34,026 bases of DNA from a virus (lineage: Duplodnaviria > Caudoviricetes), in IMG/VR virus record IMGVR_UViG_3300049182_000057, positions 1-34,026 of that record, one strand, 5' to 3'. This document shows, in pieces, positions 16,281-25,866 of the stretch. Below the pieces are notes generated by a model. It was not told the DNA's origin and did not search any database. It worked only from the letters and a program-made list of their open reading frames with translations. Position 1 is the stretch's first letter. Each line of letters opens with the position of its first letter. Both the position numbers and the translations under genes were made by a program.

Positions 16281-17411
16281 ATGGCAGACACGACTTACGC
16301 GACTGGGCTCCGCGTCCAGCAGTGGGAAGATTCGTTCTTCAAAGAGTATTGGCAGGACCGCTTCAAGGAGCTGATGGGCCAAGGCGAGAACGCCATCATC
16401 CAGGTCAAGGAGGACCTGACCAAGAAGGCCGGTGACTCGATCACCATCGCCCTTGTCAACCGCCTGACCAACGCCGCCACGACCGGATCGAACGTCCTGG
16501 AAGGCAACGAGGAAGACCTCGTTTCCCGTTCGATGCGGATTTACGTGGACAAGGCCCGCAACGGTGTGCGCGTGCCGGAGATGGCCGAGCAGACATCGGC
16601 GATCAGCCTTCGCTCCGCTGCGAAACCGACGCTTCTGGACTGGGCGCAGGAATATACCCGCGATCAGTACATTACCGCGCTCGGCTCGCTCAACGGCACG
16701 GCGTTCCTGTCGCGCACCGCGGCGATTGCGGACGCGTGGCTGGTCGATAACGTCGATCGCACCGTCTTCGGCGCCTATGCGGCGGGCGGCTCGGCAGGTG
16801 GCACCGATCTGTCGGCTGACCTTTCGCAGCTCGACACCACCTCGGACCTGTTCAACGCGACCGCTCTGGACGCGATGGTCCTGCGGGCGAAGGTGTGCAG
16901 CCCGAAGATCAGGCCGATGCGGGACGGCGGCAATGGCCGGCGCTACTATGTCGCGCTCGCCAATCCGCACGCCTTCAAGAACCTGCGGGACAGCCTCGAC
17001 ACTGAGGTTCTGGCCTCGACGGTCAAGGAAGCGGAAGCCTCCAAGCTGTTCGACGGCGGCGACATCCTGTGGAACGGCGTGATCGTCAAGGAGATGGACA
17101 ACATCCCGATCTACGCCAACCTGGGCAACGGCGGCACGACCGAGGTTACCCCGGTCTACCTGCTCGGCGCGCAGGCTCTTGCTCATGCGTGGTGCAAGCG
17201 CTGGACCTCGAAGACCGAGGAGTTCGACTACGGCGACAAGCACGGCGTCGCGGTCGAGTCCATCATGGGCATCCGCAAGATCCTGTTCGGCACCGGCACG
17301 GGTGATACCGATGACCTCAAGGATCACGGCGTGGTCACCGGCTTCTTCGCGACGACCGGCGCTGCCAACGCGAACGGCCTGAACGCCAGCGGCACTTCCG
17401 CCGAGGTCTAA
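16281..17411 (+). CDS. Major capsid protein (N4-gp56/DUF4043 family)
   Basis: MGQGENAIIQVKEDLTKKAGDSIT...LEGNEE...EEFDYG...DHGVV. Confidence 0.92.
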   Translation: MADTTYATGLRVQQWEDSFFKEYWQDRFKELMGQGENAIIQVKEDLTKKAGDSITIALVNRLTNAATTGSNVLEGNEEDLVSRSMRIYVDKARNGVRVPEMAEQTSAISLRSAAKPTLLDWAQEYTRDQYITALGSLNGTAFLSRTAAIADAWLVDNVDRTVFGAYAAGGSAGGTDLSADLSQLDTTSDLFNATALDAMVLRAKVCSPKIRPMRDGGNGRRYYVALANPHAFKNLRDSLDTEVLASTVKEAEASKLFDGGDILWNGVIVKEMDNIPIYANLGNGGTTEVTPVYLLGAQALAHAWCKRWTSKTEEFDYGDKHGVAVESIMGIRKILFGTGTGDTDDLKDHGVVTGFFATTGAANANGLNASGTSAEV

Positions 17412-17422
17412 TCCCAACCTTC

Positions 17423-17453
17423 AGGGCGGTCGTGATGGCCGCCCTTTTCTTTT
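17423..17453 (+). terminator. Intrinsic terminator after the capsid gene
   Basis: AGGGCGGTC-gtgat-GGCCGCCCT followed by a T tract. Confidence 0.75.
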
Positions 17454-17469
17454 CCCGGAGATTTTTGAA

Positions 17470-17940
17470 ATGGCGACTCTCACTGGCACGAAGGCGGCAA
17501 CGACCGCTCCTGTCCCCGGCTTGCCCGTCCCCAATGGGGTTCTCGGCGTTGCGTGGGGCATCTACAACTTCGCGTCCGCAGCTTCGGCGGCGGATATCGT
17601 CAACATCTGCAAGGTGCCCGCCGGGGCCACCGTGATCGGCGGTTTCCTGCAGGGCGCGGACATCGACACGGGCACGGAAACCCTCGATCTTGATGTGGGC
17701 TGGGCCGCCAACGGCACCGACTCAGCCGACCCGGACGGCTTCGGCAACTTCGGCGTGCTTTCGGGTGATGCGGTGTCCGAGTTCCGCCCGGTTGCCGGCA
17801 TTTATTGCCCCTTCGTCAACGTGATCCAGGACAGCGGCTACAAGACCTTTGCCGCTGAAACCACGATCACCGTGACGGTGACGGCCGCTGCCAATGCCGG
17901 CGGCACGGGCATCATCAAGGTCGTGGTCTTCTACGTCTGA
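17470..17940 (+). CDS. Capsid cement/decoration protein
   Basis: ADIVNICKVPAGATV...LDVG...TITVTV jelly-roll-type protein directly after the MCP. Confidence 0.65.
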   Translation: MATLTGTKAATTAPVPGLPVPNGVLGVAWGIYNFASAASAADIVNICKVPAGATVIGGFLQGADIDTGTETLDLDVGWAANGTDSADPDGFGNFGVLSGDAVSEFRPVAGIYCPFVNVIQDSGYKTFAAETTITVTVTAAANAGGTGIIKVVVFYV

Positions 17941-17987
17941 CCTTGCGGGCGGGGCTGCGGTCCCGCCCCATTTACGGGAGGCGCTCC

Positions 17988-18233
17988 ATGAAGTTCCGCT
18001 TCATCGGCACCTACACCAACGGCCACACGTCGATCTCGGCGTGCGGCTTCCGGTTCGACGGCCATGAGCCGACCGACGTTGACGGCGCTGAGGCTATCCG
18101 CCGCCTCTCAGGCAGCGTTGAGTTCGAGGTTGTTCACCCGCTCGACCACGACGGCGATGGTGAGAAGGGTGGCAGCCTGCCTGACGCCGTGGCCCCGCGC
18201 CGTCGCGGGCGCAAGCCGAAAGCCGCGCAGTGA
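17988..18233 (+). CDS. Small head-associated hypothetical protein
   Basis: GGAGG SD; PLDHDGDGEKGGS motif; basic RRRGRKPK tail. Confidence 0.65.
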   Translation: MKFRFIGTYTNGHTSISACGFRFDGHEPTDVDGAEAIRRLSGSVEFEVVHPLDHDGDGEKGGSLPDAVAPRRRGRKPKAAQ

Positions 18234-18835
18234 CGATCACAAGCTATTCCACCTTGGTTGATGCCATAGTGGACCGGATGAACGACAGTGCGCTTTCGGA
18301 CTATGCGCCGGAGTTCATCCAGCTTGCTGAGGCATCATTCAACCGCCGCCTCAACAATCTCGACATGGAAGGCACCGCGACCATCGACGCGGCGGAGTCG
18401 ATCCCGTTGCCCACGGATTACAAGGGCGCGATGTCGATCCGCATCGACGATGAGGCCCCGCTTCGCCAGTTGTCGGCGGACGACATTCAGCAGAAATGGC
18501 GCGATCAGACCGGCAGGCCCGAGAACTTCTCGATCTACGGCGGCGTCATCCATCTCGCGCCCGACCCCAGCGACGGCGATTACACCGTCACGATGACCTA
18601 CCTGCGGACGCTAACACCGCTGTCCGCGGCGAACACGACCAACTGGCTGTTGGAGCAGCATCCGGACCTGTACCTGTTCGGGGCGCTCGTCGAGGCAGAG
18701 ACGCGCGGCTGGAACAACGACCAGGCGCTTTTCTACAACAGCCGCGTCGAGGGCATGCTTACCGAGATCAACATGCACGATGCCCGCAGGCGTCGCGGCA
18801 ATCTCACCGATGCTGTTGCCGTCGATTATTTCTGA
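18230..18835 (+). CDS. Head-tail adaptor protein
   Basis: ITSYSTL...FIQLAE...LPTDY...TNWLLEQHPDLYLFGAL. Confidence 0.8.
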   Translation: MTITSYSTLVDAIVDRMNDSALSDYAPEFIQLAEASFNRRLNNLDMEGTATIDAAESIPLPTDYKGAMSIRIDDEAPLRQLSADDIQQKWRDQTGRPENFSIYGGVIHLAPDPSDGDYTVTMTYLRTLTPLSAANTTNWLLEQHPDLYLFGALVEAETRGWNNDQALFYNSRVEGMLTEINMHDARRRRGNLTDAVAVDYF

Positions 18836-18882
18836 TGGCCCGCATCATCATCCCCATTTCGCTGTCGCTCATGGGAGGCGGT

Positions 18883-19044
18883 ATGCCGTGGACTCTCCAG
18901 GGTGAACTGACGACCGAATGGGCAACGGCGACCGTCACTTCGCCCTATGTGCGGTTCGGCTACGTCGAGCCTGATTATTTCGTCGATGAGGAATGGACGC
19001 TCGCGGCTGAGCCCGATCAAACCTGGACGCTGGTGCCGGCGTGA
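18883..19044 (+). CDS. Small Trp/Thr-rich virion protein (alternative start 18835)
   Basis: GGAGG SD; WT repeats; GTGA coupling to the next gene. Confidence 0.5.
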   Translation: MPWTLQGELTTEWATATVTSPYVRFGYVEPDYFVDEEWTLAAEPDQTWTLVPA

Positions 19045-20444
19045 AGTTAGGCCCGTGGCGTCCTGACCTGACGCCGTTCGGACATGACGGGCTCACGATG
19101 GCGCGCAACGTCTTTCCGACGCTTGCGGGCTATGAGCCGGTTAAGGCCTATTCCGCTGTCACTGTGGCGCTTGCGGAGACATGGAACGGGGGAGGTGCTT
19201 TCAAGGCATCGGACGGCACGGTGGCGCTTCTGGCGGGCACGTCGGCCAACCTCTACAAATACACCGACCCGACATGGACCGGGACAGCAGCAGGGGCCTA
19301 TTCGAACCGTTGGCAGTTCGCGCAGTTCGGCGATCTCGTCATTTGCTGCATGGGCGCGGCCCCGAAGAAGCACACGCTTACGAGCGGGGTGACGGCTTCT
19401 CTAGGAGGGAGCCCGCCGAACGCCCGCTATGTCACGACGGTCAAGGATTTCGTCGTCATGTCCGGCGTGGATAGCGCCAACTCGACGGTCTACTGGTCGG
19501 CGATCAACAATGCGGAAGGCTGGACGCCGGGGACCGCGCAGAGCGACACGCAGGTTCTTCCCGATGGGGGTGCTGTTACCGGGCTTGCTGGGGGCGAATA
19601 TCTGCTTGTCTTTCAGAGGAACGCGATCTGGCGCGGGCAATATGTCGGGCCGCCGTTCATCTTCCAGTTTGACAAGATCAGCGACGGGATCGGCTGCACC
19701 TCGCCATATTCCATCGTCCAGATCGGGAGGACGGTCTATTTCTGGAGCCAGCGCGGCTTCATGTCGATCACGGACGGCTCGATAGACCCATTTGGCGCGC
19801 AGCAGGTCGATAAGACCTTCATCGAGCAATACTCGACGGCGGAGATCGAGAGCAACATCTGGTCCACCGCCGATCCTGTCAAGAAGCAGGTCGTTTGGGC
19901 GATGCCGCAGCGGCTCTGGTGCTATAACTGGGAGCTGAAGCGCTGGACCGACATTGAAGAGAGCGTTTTCGGGGTCTTCCAGGGGCTGACGAGCAACTAC
20001 ACGCTGGAGCAGATCGCGGCGCTCTATCCGGCGATCGAGGATGTGCCTTACCCGCTTGATGATCCTCGGTGGCAGGGTGGGCAACCCTTCCTCGGGATCG
20101 CGGCGAATGACAAGACGCTGGGGTCGTTCGGCTCCTCGACGACATTGAGGAGCGAGATAACGACGGCCTATCAGGAGCCGGTGCCGGGTCGGGATACCCG
20201 CATCCGGTCGGTCAGGCTGGAATCGGACGTGACGAGCAACATGGTTGTCTCGCTCAACTGCCGGGATCGGATGGGCGACAGCGACACACAGGCGATCAGC
20301 GGGGCTGTGAGGGCTAATGGCGACGCGCCGATCAGGGCGCGTGGGAGATATATTCAGCCGACGATGGTCTTTGCCGAAGGGGCGGATTGGACCTTCGTCA
20401 ACAGCTTCGAGATCATCGGCGCGGCAGGTGGGGCGAGGCAGTGA
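19041..20444 (+). CDS. Tail nozzle/tubular protein (P22 gp10-like beta-propeller)
   Basis: Beta-rich repeats (VYWSAINN, YLLVFQ, GCTSPYSI); podovirus gene order. Confidence 0.75.
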   Translation: MKLGPWRPDLTPFGHDGLTMARNVFPTLAGYEPVKAYSAVTVALAETWNGGGAFKASDGTVALLAGTSANLYKYTDPTWTGTAAGAYSNRWQFAQFGDLVICCMGAAPKKHTLTSGVTASLGGSPPNARYVTTVKDFVVMSGVDSANSTVYWSAINNAEGWTPGTAQSDTQVLPDGGAVTGLAGGEYLLVFQRNAIWRGQYVGPPFIFQFDKISDGIGCTSPYSIVQIGRTVYFWSQRGFMSITDGSIDPFGAQQVDKTFIEQYSTAEIESNIWSTADPVKKQVVWAMPQRLWCYNWELKRWTDIEESVFGVFQGLTSNYTLEQIAALYPAIEDVPYPLDDPRWQGGQPFLGIAANDKTLGSFGSSTTLRSEITTAYQEPVPGRDTRIRSVRLESDVTSNMVVSLNCRDRMGDSDTQAISGAVRANGDAPIRARGRYIQPTMVFAEGADWTFVNSFEIIGAAGGARQ

Positions 20445-20641
20445 GTATTCCTAGCCGGTGGGCCAGCCTCCCGGACTGGATGAGGCAGGTTGCGACGAAG
20501 GTTAATCCGCTGCTGCAGGGCTATCCGTTCATGTCGCTGGACAGCGCCCCGGCCAGTCCGACCGAGAGTTTCACGTACTACGACACGACACTGCACAAGG
20601 TCCGGACCTGGGACGGGTCGGCGTGGCAAAATCATTTTTGA
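20441..20641 (+). CDS. Small tail-associated protein
   Basis: GTG coupling; YYDTTLHKVRTWDGSAW fibre-like motif. Confidence 0.65.
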   Translation: MSIPSRWASLPDWMRQVATKVNPLLQGYPFMSLDSAPASPTESFTYYDTTLHKVRTWDGSAWQNHF

Positions 20642-20650
20642 GGTACTGAC

Positions 20651-21493
20651 ATGGGCCTTTTTGGTGGTGGATCGAGCAAGTCGGGATCGGCTCAGAAATG
20701 GGCCAAGCCTTTCGCCATCGCGGGGGCCAACGAGGTCCGTGGCGTCTACGACGCGAACAAGGGTAACCTTGCGTCGATTACCAAGGGTGTCACCGACCTT
20801 CTTCCTGGCATTTCCGGCAACTACCAAAGCTGGAAGCCGCTCACGACGCAGTCACAGGGCTATTATGGCGATGTGCTGTCGGGCAAGTATCTCGACCCGT
20901 CCAATAATCCCGGCCTGGCGGGGCTTCTCGCGCGCACCCGCAACGACATCACCGATCAGGTCAACGGCCAGTTTTCGATGGCTGGGCGGTATGGCTCTGG
21001 TGCACACACGGGCATCCTGACAGATCGCCTGGCGGATGCCGAGAACGGCATACTCTATGACGCCTACAACCGCGAGCGCGGGATTCAGGACAATGCGGCC
21101 GCCATGCCGGCGCAGATGGAGAACCAGAACCTCGCGCAGCTCCTACAGGCGTCTGGATTGGGGGCTGAATTGCCCTATACGGGCGTCAATAGCCTCGCCA
21201 GCTCACTTGCCGCGCTGTTCTCTGGTGGCGTCACAAAGGGGCCTGGCATCGGCGGGCAAATCTTGTCCGGGGCGGCGCAGGGGGCGAGCGCAGCCCTCGC
21301 CGCGTCCGACCGCCGGCTGAAATCCAACATCGAGAAGGTCGGCGAACTCGACGACGGGCTAGGCGTCTATGAATATGATATCTTCGGCGAGCGCACGCGG
21401 GGCGTGATGGCCGATGAGGTCGAGCGGTTGAGGCCGTGGGCGCTGGGGCCTGTCATCGAAGGCTTCCAGACCGTTGATTACGGGGTTCTGTGA
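20651..21493 (+). CDS. Ejection/DNA-transfer protein with C-terminal peptidase S74-like chaperone domain
   Basis: Gly-rich N-terminus, AGRYGSG, then SDRRLKSNI...GVMADEV. Confidence 0.7.
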   Translation: MGLFGGGSSKSGSAQKWAKPFAIAGANEVRGVYDANKGNLASITKGVTDLLPGISGNYQSWKPLTTQSQGYYGDVLSGKYLDPSNNPGLAGLLARTRNDITDQVNGQFSMAGRYGSGAHTGILTDRLADAENGILYDAYNRERGIQDNAAAMPAQMENQNLAQLLQASGLGAELPYTGVNSLASSLAALFSGGVTKGPGIGGQILSGAAQGASAALAASDRRLKSNIEKVGELDDGLGVYEYDIFGERTRGVMADEVERLRPWALGPVIEGFQTVDYGVL

Positions 21494-22224
21494 TGGCTGG
21501 CATTCTCGGGGCACCTCTCGGCGGCGGGTGGCGACTTCCCCCGCCCTATGAGACGATCGCGGCTGAGCAGGCGGCTATGGGGCCCGCTACGCCCGGATAC
21601 GGGGCAGGAACACCCGGCGTGGCGGAGCGTAGTGGCGTCCCGACGCGCGCCGGTCTCATGAGCGTCCTGGCTGGCCAATCGCAAGCCCCTGCGCAGCCGC
21701 AGCAGGATAGCCTCGCCGCATATCTCGAGATGATGGGAGGCCAGGAGCAGAAAAAGCGGCCCGTCTGGAAAGACATTCTCGGCTCTGTTCTTGACGGGAT
21801 CGCATCAGCGGGCGGCGGCCAGGGCGCATATTGGTCCACGATCCAGAAGGAGGGCGACGAAGCCAAAAAGGTCCGCGAAAAGCTCGCCGAGATGATCTAT
21901 CAGAGGCAGGCCAAGCAGGAAGACCGTTCGGCCGCTCTTGAGGACTGGAAGGTCAAGGAGCAGTGGCAGCGGGATAATCCGGCTCCGACACAGATGACGG
22001 AAACCGAGCGCCTGATCGAGCAATGGCATTCGTTGCCGGATAGTGACCCGCGTAAGGCCATGATCGCCCGCGCGCTGCGTGGTTCGGCCTATGACCCGAG
22101 CGTCTATCAGCCGAAGGAGGACTATCAGGTGGCAGGCCGGCTTAAGGTCAAGACCACAGCACCGGGCAAAGCCCCGACGCGCTCGCCCGCCGCCAAAATC
22201 CCCTCTGGCTTCATTCTGGACTGA
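21490..22224 (+). CDS. Putative internal virion/ejection protein
   Basis: Position and helical Q/E/K-rich composition. Confidence 0.6.
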   Translation: MMAGILGAPLGGGWRLPPPYETIAAEQAAMGPATPGYGAGTPGVAERSGVPTRAGLMSVLAGQSQAPAQPQQDSLAAYLEMMGGQEQKKRPVWKDILGSVLDGIASAGGGQGAYWSTIQKEGDEAKKVREKLAEMIYQRQAKQEDRSAALEDWKVKEQWQRDNPAPTQMTETERLIEQWHSLPDSDPRKAMIARALRGSAYDPSVYQPKEDYQVAGRLKVKTTAPGKAPTRSPAAKIPSGFILD

Positions 22225-22227
22225 CAG

Positions 22228-22794
22228 ATGGCAGACTATCGCGAGGGCCAGACGGCCACCAATCCCAAGACGGGCCAGAAGGTCATCTTCCGGGGCGGGC
22301 AGTGGGTGAGCTACAGCGCGCCGGGTCAGCCCGCGCCTCCTGTCAGGAAGTTGACAGCGGCAGAACTTAAAGCCGCCCTTGTGGCGAAAGAGAAGTCCCT
22401 CGGTGCCGATGCCGTGGAACAGCAGCTCGATGTGCTCGAAGGGCTTTACGACAAGAATTTTAAAGGTGTCGGGCTTGGGTCTCTGCTTGAATATCTGCCG
22501 ACGCAGACCCGCAAGCAGTTTGATGCGGCTGCGAACGGGATGCGGCCGCTCTTGAAGCCGTTAATCCGCAGCCCTGGCGAAGGCACATTCACCGACGCCG
22601 ACCAAGCCCTACTCGATCAACAGATCCCGCAAGGTGGTAAGCAGGACGCCGACAACGAGCAGCGCTTTGCCAATATTCGCCGCATGATTGAGAGCGCGCG
22701 CCGGACATCGGCGGCTATGGGTGGTGGGGCAGCCCCTCGGTCGAGGGCACATCGATCACCGAAGACAATCGATTTCAACGATCTCCCGGAGTGA
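22228..22794 (+). CDS. Putative ejection protein
   Basis: YREGQTATNPKTG...GGQW; GEGTFTDADQ. Confidence 0.6.
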   Translation: MADYREGQTATNPKTGQKVIFRGGQWVSYSAPGQPAPPVRKLTAAELKAALVAKEKSLGADAVEQQLDVLEGLYDKNFKGVGLGSLLEYLPTQTRKQFDAAANGMRPLLKPLIRSPGEGTFTDADQALLDQQIPQGGKQDADNEQRFANIRRMIESARRTSAAMGGGAAPRSRAHRSPKTIDFNDLPE

Positions 22795-22797
22795 CGG

Positions 22798-25017
22798 ATG
22801 CCTGATGTTCGCCTTCCTGACGGGACGATTGTTCGCAATGTCCCCGAGGGGACAACGCGCGCCCAGCTTATGGATCGTCTTAGCAAGGCACCCAACAGGA
22901 CAGGAACGCGTGGACTGGCAAAGCCGAAGAGCCAGCTCCCCAGCCTGTTCGTTCAAGGCGCAACGTTTGGACTATCAGACGAGATTTCCGGTCTCGCTGG
23001 CGCTCTGGCCGACGCGGTCGCGGCCCCGCTTAGCAGTAGGGTCGATTTCAATCCCAAGAAATCATACGAAGCGTGGAGAGACCGCGAGCGCGAACGTGTC
23101 GCGACGACCCGCAAGGAGAATCCGTGGCTCGGCACTGGCATGGAATTGCTCGGTGGGATCACAACGCTCCCGACTGGCGTGATTAAAGGGGCTGGGAATC
23201 TAAAAAACGCTGTTAAAGCGGGGGCGAAAACCGGGTCGGTGCAGGGTGGTGTGGCTGGCTTTGGATATGGCGAGGGCGGCAGCAACAGCGCCGTTGGGGC
23301 CGGGCTAGGAGCAGCTACCGGCGGAGTGTTGGGCGCAGCGATACCGGCCTTGGTACGCCCGATTGCGCGTGGCGTAACCGCTGCTCGCGATTATGTCAGC
23401 CCACGACTAGGGGTGGGGCGGGAAATCGTGGCTCGCGCCATAGCTGAGGATAAACTGACGCCAAGGCAGGCCGGGCAGGCTTTGCAGGAAGCGCGTGGCC
23501 GAGGCGTGCCGCTCATGCTTGGCGACCTTGGCGACAATCTGCGCGGCCTCACTGGCTCCTTGTCACGCAAGCCAGGTCCATCGCGGACCCTCATTAAGAA
23601 AGCTGTTGACGCAAGGCAGATGGGACAGGGCGAGCGCGTCAGGTCCGCGATTGAGCGCGACCTTGGCCCGATACCGAACACGCTGGAGGTGTCGGATGAC
23701 CTGATCGCGTCTGGGCGCGCCGCTGCTGCCCCGCTTTACGAGCAGGCCTATGCGGCTCCGGCTGTTACGACCCCCGAGATTGAGTCCCTTCTGTCCACGC
23801 CGTTCGGGCGTTCCGCACTGGCGAGGGCGCGGGTAATCGCCGCCAACGAACGTCGCAACCCGGCAACCCTTGGCTTCGCGTTGGACGATTCCGGTAACGT
23901 TGTCCTCAATCCCGTTGGTGTTAACCAACACGGCGCGGTCGCCGCTGCCAGATCCGAACTCGACCAAGCCTCCGGCATACTGGAGGCAGCGCGCAGGAGG
24001 GCTTCTGGCGGCGCTGGTAATGGGTCTCTGCAACCATTGATCGACCGCGAGAAGGTCGCGCGCATGAATCTCGACGCTGCCATGGCCGATCTCAATCAGT
24101 TGCCAACGGCGGGCGTTGCAAGCGAAGTACGCGGCTACACGCCTCAGACTCTCGATTATGTCAAGCGCGGCATGGATGACGTTCTTGAGGAGCGCCGCGA
24201 CCAGTTTGGGCGGCTGCGCCTCGATGAGGCCGGGAGAGCTGAAAACGCCGTCCGGGCAAACTTTCTGAACGAGGTAGACCGCCTTAACCCCGCCTACGCG
24301 GCGGCCCGCGCGGCCTACGCAGGCCCCGCTTCGGCAAACCAAGCTATGTTGGCTGGCAAGAAGGCGGCCAACGCATCCCCGGAAGAGATCGAGCGCATGA
24401 TCGCTGGTCTTCCGGAGGCGAACAGAGGGCAGTTCGCCCTGGGTTATCGCTCGGCGCTAGGCGAGGTCTTGGACCGCCGGGTCGATGGGGCTGACAAGGT
24501 GACTGCAATGCTCGGCAGTCCCCGCAAGCGGGCGGCGTTGGCGCGGGCGATGGGGGCCAATGCGGACCTTGAACGCTTTCTGACCACGATGGGCGACGAG
24601 CGGATGGCGAACGAGACCTACCGCGCTGTCAGCACTGGATCCCCAACGGCTAACAGGCTGGCGGATGACGCCTTGACAGGAGACGATGCTCTATTCGCTG
24701 ATGTCAGTGGTAAGGTTCTTAAGGGGGCCACGAACGGCGGGTGGGCTGGCGGCCTCGCCGAGTTGATCGGTTCCGGGAAGGACATTCTTAAATTCGGCGG
24801 CGGGCAAACCGGACAGCGCGCGCGTGAGGACGCGGCGGCGCTCCTCTCGGAGATCGACCCCCAAGTTCTCCAGGAGGCGATGCGAGAGGCCCTGCGCCAA
24901 CAGGCGCTTCGTCGTGTCGGACAGAGGGGCGTGGACCGGGCCGCCATCCGCTCGGGCGGGTTGCTTGGCCGCGCTGCCGGTGGAATCAGCGCCTATGGCG
25001 CGCGTCCTGTCGAATGA
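22798..25017 (+). CDS. Large ejection protein (P22 gp16/gp20-position)
   Basis: QGATFGLSDE, Gly/Ala TM-like segment, LDYVKRGMDD, PAYAAARAAYAG. Confidence 0.7.
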   Translation: MPDVRLPDGTIVRNVPEGTTRAQLMDRLSKAPNRTGTRGLAKPKSQLPSLFVQGATFGLSDEISGLAGALADAVAAPLSSRVDFNPKKSYEAWRDRERERVATTRKENPWLGTGMELLGGITTLPTGVIKGAGNLKNAVKAGAKTGSVQGGVAGFGYGEGGSNSAVGAGLGAATGGVLGAAIPALVRPIARGVTAARDYVSPRLGVGREIVARAIAEDKLTPRQAGQALQEARGRGVPLMLGDLGDNLRGLTGSLSRKPGPSRTLIKKAVDARQMGQGERVRSAIERDLGPIPNTLEVSDDLIASGRAAAAPLYEQAYAAPAVTTPEIESLLSTPFGRSALARARVIAANERRNPATLGFALDDSGNVVLNPVGVNQHGAVAAARSELDQASGILEAARRRASGGAGNGSLQPLIDREKVARMNLDAAMADLNQLPTAGVASEVRGYTPQTLDYVKRGMDDVLEERRDQFGRLRLDEAGRAENAVRANFLNEVDRLNPAYAAARAAYAGPASANQAMLAGKKAANASPEEIERMIAGLPEANRGQFALGYRSALGEVLDRRVDGADKVTAMLGSPRKRAALARAMGANADLERFLTTMGDERMANETYRAVSTGSPTANRLADDALTGDDALFADVSGKVLKGATNGGWAGGLAELIGSGKDILKFGGGQTGQRAREDAAALLSEIDPQVLQEAMREALRQQALRRVGQRGVDRAAIRSGGLLGRAAGGISAYGARPVE

Positions 25018-25019
25018 TG

Positions 25020-25145
25020 TCAAAACAGGTCCCAACCGATACGAAACGCATACCAGCACATTTTCGCGGCAATGCCGAGGATTATCAGGGCGATAGGGAA
25101 GCCGATCAAGAAGCCTAACCCGCGCTCAAACAGCTTGTCACTCAT
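25020..25145 (-). CDS. 41-aa membrane peptide, candidate superinfection exclusion protein (MSDKLFERGLGFLIGFPIALIILGIAAKMCWYAFRIGWDLF)
   Basis: Not in the track. AAAGGT SD; hydrophobic; convergent with the large ejection gene. Confidence 0.65.
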   Translation of the reverse strand: MSDKLFERGLGFLIGFPIALIILGIAAKMCWYAFRIGWDLF

Positions 25146-25180
25146 CCGACCTTTCTAACCGATCCCGAACTTTCTTTCCA

Positions 25181-25205
25181 GCCCGCCCCTCCGGCGGGCT
25201 TTTTT
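25181..25205 (+). terminator. Intrinsic terminator
   Basis: GCCCGCC-cctcc-GGCGGGC followed by TTTTTT. Confidence 0.8.
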
Positions 25206-25224
25206 GCGTCCACAGGAGGCTGCC

Positions 25225-25863
25225 ATAGCGGACATTTTCGACTGGAGCGCCACGGCGGCCTCCAACACCACTCTGGACGGTATCAACGTCAATACCGGCA
25301 TGAGCCCGGGTAACGTCGACAACGCTTTCCGCAGCCTCATGGCCCTGGTGCGCAACACCTTCGTCGCGGGCTGGGAGGGTCTGTTCGCCGGCACCACCTC
25401 GGGCATTCCCGTCTCGAACGGTGCTGGCACGATCACCGCCAAAGCCGCTCCGACTGGCGATATCGTCGGAACCAGCGACGCGCAGACGTTGACCAACAAG
25501 ACGATCAGCGGCCTTGCGACCGATCTCGCGGTTGCGGACGGCGGCACGGGGGCAAGCACGGCGGCGGCGGCCTTCGCCAATATCGCTGTCTCTGCGTCCT
25601 CGCTCGCGGCGACGGGCTATATCAAGTTCGCCAATAACCTGACGCTCCAGTGGGGGACCTGTGCGAGAGGCGCTGTCAGCCTCCCGATCGCCTTCCCGAC
25701 TGCGGCGGTTGGCGTTTTCATCACTCCCCGGACCGGGCCGAGTGACGGCGACGAAGCGGACGAAAATCCCTACGTCTCCGCGCTTAGCACCACAGCGTTC
25801 ACCATCAGCGCTGACGGCGACAACGCCCCGAACAGCTTTTACTATCTGGCGGTGGGGTACTGA
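25225..25863 (+). CDS. Tail fibre protein (gp53-like C-terminus); apparent ATA start
   Basis: AGGAGG-N5-ATA GCG GAC; DWSATAASN...GMSPGNVDNAFR N-terminus; GYIKFANNLTLQWG. Confidence 0.75.
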   Translation: MADIFDWSATAASNTTLDGINVNTGMSPGNVDNAFRSLMALVRNTFVAGWEGLFAGTTSGIPVSNGAGTITAKAAPTGDIVGTSDAQTLTNKTISGLATDLAVADGGTGASTAAAAFANIAVSASSLAATGYIKFANNLTLQWGTCARGAVSLPIAFPTAAVGVFITPRTGPSDGDEADENPYVSALSTTAFTISADGDNAPNSFYYLAVGY

Positions 25864-25866
25864 TCG

